Assembly: GCA_904063045.1 (NCBI GenBank)
Contig: CAJFCJ010000023.1
Span: 372,001-436,000, forward strand
DNA: 64,000 nt
Direction: 5' to 3'
DNA from: Dimorphilus gyrociliatus
Taxonomy: Eukaryota > Animalia > Annelida
In this document: in pieces, positions 26,035 through 42,394 of the stretch
Layout: every line of letters starts with the position of its first letter
Position numbering within the stretch: the first letter of the stretch is position 1
The notes under the pieces: generated by a model
What the model saw: only the letters and a program-made list of their open reading frames with translations
Told to the model about the DNA's origin: nothing
Database searches by the model: none
Program-made: the position numbers and the translations under genes

Positions 26035-29000
26035 ATGCCGCCTGATATGCTGGCAAACCGTTACAGCAGGCGGGATCTGGAATCGGTAAGAAGAACTGTA
26101 TTTGACGAAATGTCAAATAAACCTGTTTCATTACGTGAGAAAATGGATTTATCAAAAACAAAATTGAGGAAATTCGAGAGGAAAGCTGCTGAGGACGCCT
26201 ATCTTTTAGATAAAAGTTCTAAAAGCGTTAGATTTGATTTTGACGGAAGGAAAAAGAAAAAAATTGTTACAGGTTAATCAAAACTTTGAATAATTAAATT
26301 ATCTATTTTTAGAACAACCATATTTAATCAGAATCCAACTTTTATCCGGAAGAAGATCGACCTTTCACCCCTGAATTTCCTAAATCTTTTACAATTGGCA
26401 AAGGTTACAAGCCTGATGCTGATAAGATTAAAAAACTAAAGCAAAAACAAGGATACCCCACAGACAACCTCTACAGAACATTGAGTAGATCTTCGTCCAT
26501 AGATATTCCTAGTAGATCATCATCGGCAAGGACTTACGTTCGAACTCCAGACGGTGGTATTATTCGCACTTACCCTAGAGCTAGCTATACACCTCCAAAA
26601 AAAGGAGTTGTTCCTCCAATAAGAAGAACGCAAAGGTACTATACCTATCCCGATAGACACTCCCCGCCACTTGATGGCTACAGACCTCGTGGTAAAAGGC
26701 CAACAGTCCCAGTTGGTTTTGGATTCAATAGAGCTGTTGAGGTGCCAGACTATCTGATTGAACGAAGATCGAGATCGAAGACTCGTTCGAGAAGGAGGTC
26801 CAGATCCAGACAGAGATCAAGGTCTAGACATAGATCTGTATCGGCCTCTTCTATAAACTCTCGGCATGCTTATCCCGTCCATCTACCTTATATTGAATAT
26901 CCCCCCGAATATGTTAGACGTCCCCGATCAAGATCCTGGTCCCGTTCTCGACCAGTTAGCGTCATTAGCAGAGCTTCAATGGCGTCCAATAGGGTAGTTA
27001 AGCATTATCATTGGTCTGATAGAACCAATAGATTAGCTGAGCCAAAGCGTTACAGACGCCATTACGTCTATCATCAACCAGGGTAAGATTTAATTGATAA
27101 ATTTTTAGAATGTTTATTTTTTATATAGCGCTACGTTTCTTTTATTTTCATAGATACGATAGTCGTTATCCACGCATAAATCACGAGGACCCTGTCGATA
27201 TTCGACTTAAGAGATGGATGAGGGCGAATGAAAAGAGAATGAGAGAAGTTGAACGTCTAGACGAAGAACGTTTTTTGCGTATGAAGCAAAAGGAGCAACC
27301 AGTAAAAACGATTCATGTCGTTCATGTACCAAAAAAGGAGAGACGAGTACCTGATCCTCTACAATACAAGCCAAAGAAACCAGAAGAGAAGAGTGAAGTA
27401 TTCCAACGTCGTAAACAATATGATGAACTTCTGAGGTATAATTTTCCTTACTCTCTTATCTTCCTCTTTCTCCTGCTCGTTCATCATGCTACACATTCTT
27501 TTCGCTTAACACAACTTTGATTTCTGCTATGTTTGTTAACAGGAGATACCATGCGGAAAATAAAACAGTTTACACAACACTTAAAGAACATACGAAACCT
27601 CAGGGAATTTTGAAAACATCCACTCAAAAGGTTACTGTAGTTCACGAACCGAAACCTCCATTATCCCCCAAGACTTCAACAACAGGAACAGTTAAGTATA
27701 CGAGGAAATTAAAGGGACCACAGAAAAATGAACCATGCCCTTTTCGAGGAGGTCAAAGTGAACCGGACACTGTTGTAGTTGAGAGAAAATACGAAAGGGA
27801 CCCTGGAACGGAAGGTAATGGACCTGCTTATTTGACGAGATACAAACAAAGGCTGGATCAATTAGAGAATGACTCGAGAGAAGAAATAAAAATTATTGAA
27901 AAAGATAGAAAAACTGTCAGGATCAATGATATTGATAAAGAATTGTTAGAGGCGGATGAAAGATCAAAAAAACTTCAAGAGTCGGGAAATGGGAAGAGAG
28001 GTAGCGAGAATCCTGGGCGCGCTTACCTCTTCGACTCTGAGCCCAGGCAAGGAACAATAGATTTGGAAGATGAAATTGGATCAGAAGCTTCTGGTGTACG
28101 AAACCCACGAGATATCTCGGAGACTTCTACGGAAATTGAAGAGACGATAGATAGAAGCAATATCGAAACGGGTTCGGTCATAGAGAGAAAGGAAAGATAT
28201 AACCATTCGACCTGGCCGTCGTACAGCATCGACAATGCTGACGGTGACGGAAAACAATGCGTTGTAAGGGCCATGTCTTATAAGATGCCAGAGATAAAAC
28301 GAGGAATTAAATCGGATGGAGAAGATCAATTAAAAAATCCAGAAATGACTGTCCCCTCTTCATTGGAAATTGACGAAAATAATGAATCGTTTATTCTAAA
28401 GTCATCGTCTTTAAAATGGGATCATCCGTTTGTTAAGAAACCAGAATTTAAAGATCCGATTTACTTATCTATACCTATTCAATTGAATGATTTTAATGAA
28501 ATCCTGCAGCAACTCGTTGTCGTTTATTGTATTGATGGTAAACATTCATGTAATTATTCAATCATTTATTCAATATTTGTATAAAATTTGTACAGGAGAG
28601 AAATGGGACTACAAGGAAGGTGACATTAAAAACTACGAAGACGGTACAAGGGTTGAAATCCCTTTTACCGATTCGTTTCAAAACCTCAGGTACGGATTAA
28701 AGATACGCTATAAGGAAGATACTAAAGATTTTAGTCCATATGCTGACGGTCATCTTCAGTCCACGCTGGATAAGGGTGTTCGAGTTCAGGTTCCAGAAGG
28801 CTGTTACGAGAAAAAGGCCAAATTGAAAATAAGGGTTGAACCTCTCGATATGAATGAAACGGATCTTAGCGAATTGATGGCATCGAATATTGCGCTGCAC
28901 GCTTTAGCAGTTAGTCCCGTTGTCAAGATATCTTCCAGTGAGCCTATGTTTACTCCTATAAACTTGAAAGTCCCCTCTCCAGGACAATCATTCTTTGGGA

Positions 29001-30103
29001 GCAAAAAATTGGGTTTGAAATGTCCGCTAGGCGAAGTAAAGAATGCAAGAGTTAATTTATTAACTAAAACAAAGCGTTTCACGAGATATCAAGTACAAGA
29101 TACACTTCATTCTGAGCTGGCACAGCAATACGATTTTCCAGTTCAAATTCCTGAAAAGAAGTAAGGGGTGTCATTGTTTCTTCGTTAATCTATCGTCTTT
29201 ATAAATAGATATTGTTGATATTGTTTCTATTTTTATTTTTCTTTCAGCGGAGTATGTTATTGCGTCTTAGTTCTGGAGGGAACGGAACCAATAAGCAATG
29301 TGAGTGAATACAACTAGATATACTGCAGAATATAATGTATTGTTCTACTATCTAATTTAAAACCACAGCATTACGTTAAGAAAGACTCTCAAAGGTCCGA
29401 ACCTTTCCAATTTATCAACGGAGACTTCCTTAAGAAACTTTCCTTAAAGGTCGCCTTAGACGAGCTAAAAGTGAAATCATTAGGGAGGCAGTTGGTTAAC
29501 GTAACAGCAACGGATTCGGTAATAAGACAACACGGGTCTGACATAGGTGTCTCTGCTCATAAAATATTAAAAATGTGGCATAATCAGAATGTAAAAACAA
29601 ATGAGAATGTTTTAATGAATCAATTAATTAAAAGCTTAAAATTATCCGATATGAAAGAAATTGCCGAAAACGTTCGAGAAGAATATAACGACTATTTATG
29701 GACGAAGGAGGAGCATAAAATAGATGAAATATTTAGAGAGATTAGCGAATGTTCGGCTATTTTGATAAATTGGAAATATATTGCTAGAGTATGCGCTCTG
29801 GAAGAGGAAGAAATTGATAAAATTGACAAATCTACAACTAATCTAAAGACTAAAGCATATAGAATGTTTAAAAAGAGTTTAAGTTTAATGAGAGAAGCCT
29901 ATGATAGTATACGAAGTGTTCTCCAAGCCTACATTTCTATTCTTAGAGAGAGTGGATGTCCAAAGATTGCGGGTAAGACTATTAATTACAAATGCAATAT
30001 TTTTTTCGCATTAAAACTATATATTTCTTTTATCCCTCTTCCCAACAAAATAGGCTATGTAGAAAAGCGTTATTTGGATGGATTCAACGTTCAAGTGACC
30101 TAA
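26035..30103 (+). CDS. Large (~1178 aa) protein: RS-rich/disordered N-terminus, ZU5-like region, two C-terminal death domains (DTHD1/ankyrin-C/PIDD-like architecture)
   Basis: Eight exons (26035-26272, 26332-27082, 27154-27435, 27543-28537, 28596-29160, 29248-29299, 29369-29972, 30054-30103) join in frame, totalling 3537 nt. RSRSKTRSRRRSRSRQRSRSR tract; ZU5-like GVRVQVPEGCY...AVSPVVKISSSEPMFTPINLKVPSP; helical DD-like units ending KILKMWHNQ...MKEIAENV and NWKYIARVCALEEEEIDKID...KAYRMF. AATAAA at 30215-30220. Confidence 0.8.
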
Positions 30104-30811
30104 ATTTGCAAATTTTTACCCAACTATTTTGTTACTTTAAACAGCAATTCTCTTCATCCGCAATATTGTCAAAAATTCCTTAAATCCTTTTTTTTGCATA
30201 AAATTTAAATGATTAATAAAAATTTATGTAAATTTGTTCCGCCATTTTTTTTTCATTTTTACTCGGACACTAAACGCTTTAGCGTTGTTTTTACTACAAA
30301 GACTAGGCCTAGGCGTCCATTATACGTTTTCTAAAGTAAAGAACGCGTCCGGTAGTAAGCCTACACCCTGGAGGCGCGTAAATAAAAAGGTTGAGTTGAA
30401 AAAACGCTAAAAAAATTGTTATTTGTCTCGGTTAACTGAAAAATAACAAAAAGGACATTTTTGGACAAGAAAACCAAGTTTGCAGATGAAGAAGGAAAAG
30501 AAAAATTGGCGGAAAATAGACAAAGTTGATACAAGGTTAAAAATCACATATCAAGAGAGTATAAGAAGTAATCGTTTGAGAATAGCATATAGAAGCGCCA
30601 TCTGAGGGGGATTTAGAGGTTAAAATTAAGTAGTGAACACATCTAACTGTAGCTCAATATAGATAGTGCAATAAAGAACTTTTAATGGCCCTTCAAAAAG
30701 TTATCAATGGTTAAGAGATGATCATTTAATCTATAAAAGAGCGATTATTATATAAAGAAAATCTATATAATTAATAAGCGTAGGTGTTTGAATGAGCGTA
30801 TGTTTGCTTAC

Positions 30812-31512
30812 CAATCACTCTCTTGCTTCTGTCTAATATAGCTGAAGGAAGAAGAATGAATAAAAACACTATTATTCTCCTTAAAAGTAAATTAATTATA
30901 GAACAAACTTTAAGTTTTTATCTTGATAAAGGATTGTAGAAGGGTAAAATTGATTATTTCAACAAAAGTGCAAAAGAAAGAGATGGAGGTGAGAAAGTAA
31001 AAAGCATGTAATGAGTAGAGGATGAGAAGAAGAAGAAGAAGAGGAAGAAGAAGGAGGAGAAGGGGGTGGAAGATAGTTAGAGAAAGCGAAGAAAGAGAGG
31101 ATGCAAATGCAATCAAATGCATAGAGGCAAACGACAAAGCGATAAGAAAAAAAAGGTTAAGAAGGGAGAAAGGGAAAATAAGAGTTGTAAGAAAAGTGAG
31201 TAACTGTAAAAAGCGTATCCTTGCATGTTGTCACATTATCAATATATCTATATTATATAAACAAATCATTCACTCTGTATAAATAAGAAATATTTTTCCC
31301 CTTACGAGAAATATCATTGGCAGCTGTCGAAACAAAACTTTCAACAACCCAAAAAGTACACACTTACAAAACGCATGCCACGCTTTCAATTCACCTAATA
31401 ATGACCTGTACAATTCGTCCTTCAACCTCCTAACCTTGACCTTATTAGTCGCTATTTCCTTAAAATGTATCGTCGCAATACCGTTTAACAACTCAAACTG
31501 AAAAGTGCGCAT
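30812..31512 (-). CDS. Candidate small spliced ORF (~59 aa), function unknown
   Basis: Exon 31512-31368 (MRTFQFELLNGIATIHFKEIATNKVKVRRLKDELYRSLLGELKAWHAF, gtaagt donor) joins in phase to a 30-nt exon 30841-30812 (polypyrimidine ...ccttcag acceptor, gtaagc donor). The next acceptor gives an immediate stop. No recognisable homology. Confidence 0.3.
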
Positions 31513-32355
31513 GTGAGAACGGCGTCACATGTTCGTCAACATTCTGTTTATTATAGGTTAGTTGAGGGATTTTCTTATTTTATTGCGTGATAATCAACGA
31601 TATCGTGTTTATAGAATATCGAACGTGTTCATAAGAGGATTTTTTAAATTTAGCACTTCTATTATCATTATTGAGTATAGATTATCATAAATATTGATAT
31701 ATGATTGTCAATAAAGCTTTAGATTTTTCTCTACTTAAGAAATTCATAATAGATCTTTAATGATAATTTTCAATACATAAAGGAATTATTAATAATTAGT
31801 TAACGGAATTATTACGATTAGTTATCCTATTGGCGGAAGAGGATGTCGCTGTTTCTATAAACTTTTTTTTTATATGTAAATGACAGCGCGCCAAATCTTG
31901 TCCAACATCTGAGGACTCGCGCTTGCACCTAAGTAGCTTTTAACGCCTATTTGTTCAAGTCATAAAGTGTATAACTTGGCAGTATTTATACCCTTTTTTT
32001 GCAATTTTCTCTTTGTCCCTAGCCCGTCTCCTTCCGTTTTGCTCATCAAGCACATTCATACATTAACCGATTCCCGTTATTACCAATCTATTATCAATAC
32101 TAATGTTGTTATTACTCTTATTATTATCAGCATCTGTATTATTATTATTAATATTTATATATTTATATTTGCCGTTTATGCGATAAAAAATAGAAGAAAA
32201 ATACTAAAAAACACTTTATTTTATTTTTAACCTAATGAAACTGTTTTAATATAAAAATAATATAAAAGTTTAAATAAACTTTAATCTTTATTTTTTATCT
32301 CTTTTTAAAAATATTATCTCAGTTGTTCTCAAGCGAATGAGAAAGGAAGGAAGGA

Positions 32356-32358
<3 letters not shown>

Positions 32359-32393
<35 letters not shown>

Positions 32394-32577
32394 AGAAAAA
32401 GAAAGAAAGAGAGAGGGAGACAGAAGATATGTAAGTAGATTGATGGAGAGAAAAAGAGATAGCGAAAATTCTAGACTATTGTAATTTGTATATTATATAT
32501 ATACATTAGTATATATATACTGTATATACTTTATATAGAGCGTATGACTAGACTGTATTTATTATATATATATATAC

Positions 32578-32610
<33 letters not shown>

Positions 32611-32617
32611 ATATATA
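32359..32617. repeat. (GA)n at about 32359-32390 and interrupted (AT)n at about 32560-32617
   Basis: Direct reading of the sequence. Confidence 0.9.
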
Positions 32618-32904
32618 CAAAACGTCGGAACTATATATGACAATCACAACAAACTCGTTACAAAAACAGCGACACTGTTAAATCAAATTATTCGTTTTCG
32701 ATACATTATTGAATAGTCTTCACGACTGTATACGCTTTTTATATCGTCCTTTATAATCAAGATTTCATCGATTTATTAGATCAACTTCCGTCGATAGACG
32801 CTTTTGTACATAACAATCGATCATATGACCTTTTTTTCGGGGCGTTTTTTCACGTGCGAACTTTTTCTGCGTGCGAATATTTGCATAACGCGAATAACAG
32901 ATGG

Positions 32905-32932
32905 TGATTGGCTGAGAAAAGTTATGATTGGC
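32905..32932 (+). promoter_or_regulatory. Two reverse CCAAT boxes (TGATTGGC) 20 bp apart upstream of the Arx-like ATG
   Basis: TGATTGGC at 32905-32912 and 32925-32932, in a CpG-containing patch about 110-135 nt upstream of ATG 33041. NF-Y binding is inferred. Confidence 0.45.
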
Positions 32933-33040
32933 AGTAGTGCTCCGCCTTACATGCTTCAGGTGGTGTCATTTCGCGTCGATACCTGGTGTTGAATAGTGCT
33001 GAAAATTGAATAAATTGATTGAAAAAAATACTAATTAAAT

Positions 33041-36444
<3,404 letters not shown>

Positions 36445-36559
36445 TAAGAAGAAAATGGAGAGATAAAGAGGAAGAAGGGCAGAAAAGTAAACACAATATA
36501 TAGTATATTTATTTATTTATTTACTTGTTATGTTATATTTATTCAATATTATTTATATG

Positions 36560-36595
<36 letters not shown>

Positions 36596-36602
36596 CATTA
36601 TC

Positions 36603-36635
<33 letters not shown>
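36560..36635. repeat. Interrupted (AT)n microsatellite
   Basis: Direct reading of the sequence. Confidence 0.9.
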
Positions 36636-36639
<4 letters not shown>

Positions 36640-37913
36640 AGTACACAGAATATAGTTATCAGGACGAAAGAAAATATTGATGAAAATCAATAATTCATAA
36701 ATTAAGGCCTATAAAATATTAAACTATAAGAATAAAGAGAATTCAAGAAAATAAATTTCTATTCTACTATATATTCAATTAGAAATGATTAAATAAATAT
36801 ATGCTTACAGTATATAGGTTTATATGTATACATAAATGAATATATACTATGTATATGTTTGTGGATATAACATAGGTATATAATGTTCGCGACGTTACAC
36901 GATATAAGAGAGAGAGAGAGAGGGAGAGAGAGACAGAAAAAGACAGAGAGATAGAGAAAGAAAGAAAGAAGAAGACAGAGAAAGGAGGGAGCTGGATAGG
37001 AGAGAGAAGGAGGGAAAACCGAAGGGAGAGGTGAAATTAGACACGCGTTCAGCATATACTCTTTTCTTGAATTACAATGAAATTTGTACACTCTATACCT
37101 TTATTTGTTCATAAAGATATAAACGGTTTATTCGTTTAATACAACATTACTACTACATAGACGTAATTTATGAATTGATTGATATAACAAAGATATTACA
37201 TATATATTTGTTCATAAACTGTATATACATGTTTTTTTGTCTACGTTTGTTTTATTGTTGATAAATTCAAGTGTCGATTTGAATTTATACGTTTCAAAGT
37301 ATGTTTGTATATGTACATTTGTTTGTGAGTAAGTATGTACTGGCTCTATGTAAATATATACAGAATATACTCTGTATATAGTGAAAAAAGAAGAAAACCC
37401 GTGGTGCCATAGGTGCAATACACGACTAAGAGTTTAATTTAAATAAATAGATAATTTATGCTAATTTATTCACGAGAAGTATTCGTATTATCACTATTAA
37501 TATTATTATTATCTTAACTCGTAGATAATCATCAAGCTTTTCTCCTTCACTCTTGTATTCTTGTCTTTTTTTTAAATATTAAAAATCAATAGTATAAAAG
37601 GAATTATTGTTTATTCTGAGAGAAAAAATACATTCGGTAGATAGGCTGAGATAGTGTTTGCATAACGAACAAGAATTTATACTGATACACTAGAACAACA
37701 TGAATGTATGTACAAAGAAACTAGTATAATAATAAGGAAAAGATGATAAATAATAAACATTTTTCATTTCCTTCGGAAATTCGATTGGCCATCCTGCTGA
37801 GAGCTAAATACAACTTAAACTATACCATATACAAATATTCTATCTTTTACTTTTTCTTTTTATATATAATGAAATAAAATTGATAAAACTAATATTTAAT
37901 ATATTTATATAGA

Positions 37914-37980
37914 GAATATATATATATATATATATATTAGATATATACTGTATATATATATATATATATACATATATATA
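37914..37980. repeat. Interrupted (AT)n microsatellite
   Basis: Direct reading of the sequence. Confidence 0.9.
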
Positions 37981-40214
37981 CTTTTATCTTTATTTAGTAG
38001 CAGATATACTTTCCCCCCGTTTTCAACCTTACCCATTGATGGTCTATTTGCATAGATTCTCTCCTGCTATTATACTCTTTGTTTACTATAAATAAAGTAC
38101 ACTTTTTTATATTATTTATAAAATTTTGTATGCTTAACGATGAACATTGGCGATCGGAACGAGTATAATGAACCGTCTAGAAGGAAACGTACATAATAAA
38201 GCCATAATCGTCTATTGACACTAGGTTTGAAAGAAAACAGGAAGAGACGAATTTGACACTTGTATACGCGCGATTATATCGAATTTAACGACTGTTTTCT
38301 TTACAGCCTGACGAAATGTTTGAAGAGAAGAATTATTCTGTTATAACAAAAGGGAAAAAGAGAGGAGAAAAAAAAAATACTTTACGCCCTGCTCTCCTTA
38401 CAAATATTTTTTATTATATGTGTTCATTTAGAAAACTTCCAATTATTAATTAATTAATTAAGTCTATATGTTTATCATTAATAATTAATTTATTCATATA
38501 ACTTTTTAATTGTTTAGGAAAGTATAGAGAAAAACGTCTTTAAATATTTAATAATTTACTATTATTTAATAAGGAAACTTATCCAGTCATTCGCTTAATA
38601 CTTCCTTAACAAAATACTATCTTTGCCCTTAGCAGATATTATCTATTACAAAACATTCAGTTAGTGTTTACCTTCGCTTTTCCCTTTATTAACCTAAAAT
38701 TTGCCTCTCTCCCCTCTCTTTTTTCTTTTCCTGTTCGCAAAGCCTATTTGTTCTTCTTGCCTATTTTCTTCTTCTCTTCTCTTCTCTCTCTCTTTCTTTC
38801 TTTCCCCGTCCTTTTTTTCTGCCCCTTTCTTTCCGCCTCTCTTCTATGACCTTTTGTCTATTGCGCTCACTCGTCGTAGCAGGTGCAAATATATAAAAGG
38901 GAACGGAAAAGATTAAGCTTACGCTGACCGCCCGTTATCCAAACGTGAACACGTGTGGCCCGAGTTCGAGTGCAATTATCATCTATTAGCCATTCAATAG
39001 ACGAGTGGATTGGGAAATGGTGGCCCGGATTGAAAATTTCCTTGAAGTGGACCGTGCTAAGAGTATGAGGTGAGAGAAAAAGTCACGTGACCAAATCCTC
39101 GACGCCTTTAAAGGGTATGTAATGTAAATGAAGGGAAAGAAGGTGGTAAGAAGTGTAGGGGGAGGGCGCGAAAAAGAAGTTGAAACGACTTCATAATATA
39201 ATAATATAATTATAAAATCTCTTTGCCGATCGCCTCTAGTTATTGACTCGCACCAGTCGCTTTGAAAAAGCCTAATCCGGCAATTTGTTAAGAATTATTT
39301 ATTCAAGATTAACCAAACACTTTGACATTATTTTGCTAATTGCGCTCTGTACATATAATTAATAATCGACAATAGTTTGTTTTCGTTTGTTTTCAACCGA
39401 CGAAACAGGGGCCTTTTCGTTTTCACACCTGCGTTAATGGAATATTTTCGCTCCCTTCTGTCTGCTTCGAATCTCTTTTCCGTTCTGTCAACTTTTTTCT
39501 CTTTCCCCTCTCTCCTCTAAGAAGAGTGCACTTTCTATCCTTTCTACTATTTCTCCCTCTTCTTCTTCTTCTTCAGGCCTTCTGCACAAGTTTTAGCCTA
39601 GAATTCCATGGCATAAAATCACTAAGGCGCTAAACGGTTTACTAATTTGCATTGGGTGCTTTGCTTTGATTTAAATCAGTTGGACTTGCATTCAAAGTGG
39701 GCGCCAAACGTTTTTTTTCCCCTAAATAAAATATATATACGAATGACTATACAGGTTATGTATATAAAGAGGGTGGTATAAGAATACAGGCGCAACTTGT
39801 CACCTCCTCGCCAGGCGCTTTAATCGAACTAAAGTCAATAGAGGAGATGAGCAAAAGAGATTTTCAATGAATCCAATTTGATCCAACTTGCTAGCGAGAC
39901 GTCGACCCGGTTAAATTGTGTCAACAAATGAAGAGGATCAACGGGCAATTGTGATAATTTTTATGAGTTCGATTTGTTGACTATCCCACTTTTTTGCATA
40001 CCTTTTATGTCTTTGCGATCTATGTTCTAAGTCTCATCGTACGGTTCGCGTTCCTTTATTAACCGACAGACGGCGCTCTTTCTCACCAACGTCCAATGAT
40101 TATATATTTGACCACTAGATGACTCTTGTTGTCAGTTATTATTAAGTACCAATGATAATAATAATACAAGTATAAAGTAATATGAAAGACAAATAAAAAT
40201 TGTTAATCCTTTAT

Positions 40215-41073
40215 TTATAATTTTTCTGAAAATTGTAAATTCTTCTCTTGGTTCTCCTTTTCCTTTTGCTTCACACCATCTTCAAGTCTTTTTAACTTTC
40301 TGCCTAGCGAAACGTAAACGAATCCTAATATGATTAAATTGAAAAACAAACATAAGCCGGCGGCAATTGCAACTGATATCGCTACTGTCAAAGTCGAGTT
40401 ATCATCGTTATATCTTTTTTTGTCTTTTTTGTGTTTCTTTTTTTCCTCATCTGCATGCAAAGAAGTTTCAGTTTTTTATGACCGCTTTCTCCTTTCTCTT
40501 TCATTTCTTACCTTTTCGCTCGGCAACCAAGCTGTTCGGACCTGGTGGACCTGGAGGACCTGGTTTACCAGCAGGACCTGTTGGTCCATATCCTGTAGGT
40601 CCGGGCTCCCCGGTGAATCCTATATTACCAACTTTTCCAGTTGGTCCTGGCGCTCCAGGCATTCCCATGTGTCCAGTAGGACCAGTCGCTCCAGTTGCGC
40701 CTCGATAGCCAGCTTTAGTATCAGGATAACCTACAGATTTTTCATATTACATCTCTGTTAAGATTATATAGGGAGATTTTCTAACTTTTTGACCTTTGCT
40801 TAGACCACGATGCAAACATTTTAGTCAATATTTAATAAGTAAAAAAAGAGAAGCATACCTGTATCACCCTTCCTCCGAGGTGGTGTATTTGGCGGTAGAG
40901 GGGTTTTGGCCGAAATTTTCCATATATTTAGGACTGCAAAGAAATATTTTAACGTTTGAAGATTCAAATTTATCTCAAAATGAGATAATAATAATCTTAA
41001 AGCAAAACAAAGTAAAAATATACTACAGACCAATTAAGAAGAGAGAAAGGATAATAAGGTGAGAGAAATTCAT
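40215..41073 (-). CDS. Small type I transmembrane collagen-like protein, copy B (~190 aa)
   Basis: Exons 41073-41031 (MNFSHLIILSLFLI; weak gtctgt donor), 40933-40859, 40730-40512 (Gly-X-Y run) and 40450-40215 (Lys-rich linker, TM VAISVAIAAGLCLFFNLIILGFVYVSL, tail RKLKRLED). All introns are phase 1; total 573 nt. Confidence 0.8.
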
Positions 41074-41701
41074 CCTCTCTCCACACAACCAATAAAATAT
41101 CAATACGAAGAGTGTTCATAGAATTTGTCTTTTTTAGCCTAAATCTTAGGCCACTGGCTTTCTTACTATCGTACCTGGTACGTAACGTCTCCTCTAGACC
41201 TATGATTTACTATTGAAGTCAAATAAAGGTATAATTCTAAAGTTTAACAGCGATTATTATAAAAGAATTCCAGAAAAAGCGACTGGCCTTGTAGATTGAA
41301 CTTTTGCTGTTTTTAATCTGATCAGAGAAAGGTTACTATAATACAAACTGGAACAATGCCTTAGTTTGAAGGGTTATTTTCATTTGAGAAAGAGTAGGAC
41401 TAAAAGGTAAAAGAAAAGAGGGTATAATAGATATTCTTCTTATAAGAGCCACCAAAGAAGATGGAAAAGAAAGAACTTTTAAAACTAAAAGATAAACATC
41501 TCTCATTTGTAAGGAAAGAGGGTAAAAAAGGGGCGTGCAGGGGATTAACCTAAATTCTAAAATGTATAATGATAATCGAACAAACTGAGCGCAAAAGGTA
41601 CTTCTTAATATAAATATATGTGTATATGTTTATCGAATTATCCTTTATAATAGGTGAAACAATGTGCAAAAGAAATTTGATTATCTAAAAGTTTTATTCA
41701 T

Positions 41702-42363
41702 TCAAGAGAAACTACTCTTCTCTGTAGAATATTTAAGCATATTTTCCAATTTTTCTATTCTTCCCTTCATCGATATGTAAATAAAAATAGTTATTGCCAT
41801 ATTAAAGAACATGCAACAAACTGCAGCAACCGAAATGGAAATCGTTAAGGTTATTGTTAAATTCTTATTGTCGTCGTCATCGTCGTCGTTTTTACAATCA
41901 CCGTCTCCTAAAAAAGCAAGAAAATTGTCATATTGGTATTATTAACGATTAACAGATATAGTACTGAGGCTGTCTGGATTTTCGAATGTTCCCGGTGGGC
42001 CAGGAGGTCCCGGAGGTCCTATCGCACCCTGCTTTCCAGGTAAACCCACACCAGGACTTCCTGTATATCCCGTAGCTCCAACTCTACCCTTCATTCCTAT
42101 AGAGCCTGGAGCCCCTGGATATCCCATTCTACCAGTATGACCAGTTGCACCTACATATCCAGTATCACCTTTTCGCCTACTCGGGGCTGGGGGACCAAGC
42201 GATTCAGAGCCTATTAAAGATGAGGAAAAAAGTGTATACATATATTATATGTATAATATGTATTACATATATGTTTAAGAATTCATAATAAGTGTATTTA
42301 TAGCAATAGATCGTTGTAATTGACTGAGGAAAGGAATTTGAATAAATAAAGCAAAAGTTTGAA

Positions 42364-42394
<31 letters not shown>

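Noticed and set aside
27923-29082. Several minus-strand ORFs over the ZU5-DD gene
   Set aside because: Antisense shadows of long plus-strand exons.
40330-40761. Plus-strand Gly/Pro-rich ORFs 40367..40708 and 40330..40761
   Set aside because: Antisense mirror of the minus-strand collagen exon (GGN/CCN symmetry); no signal peptide or splice support.
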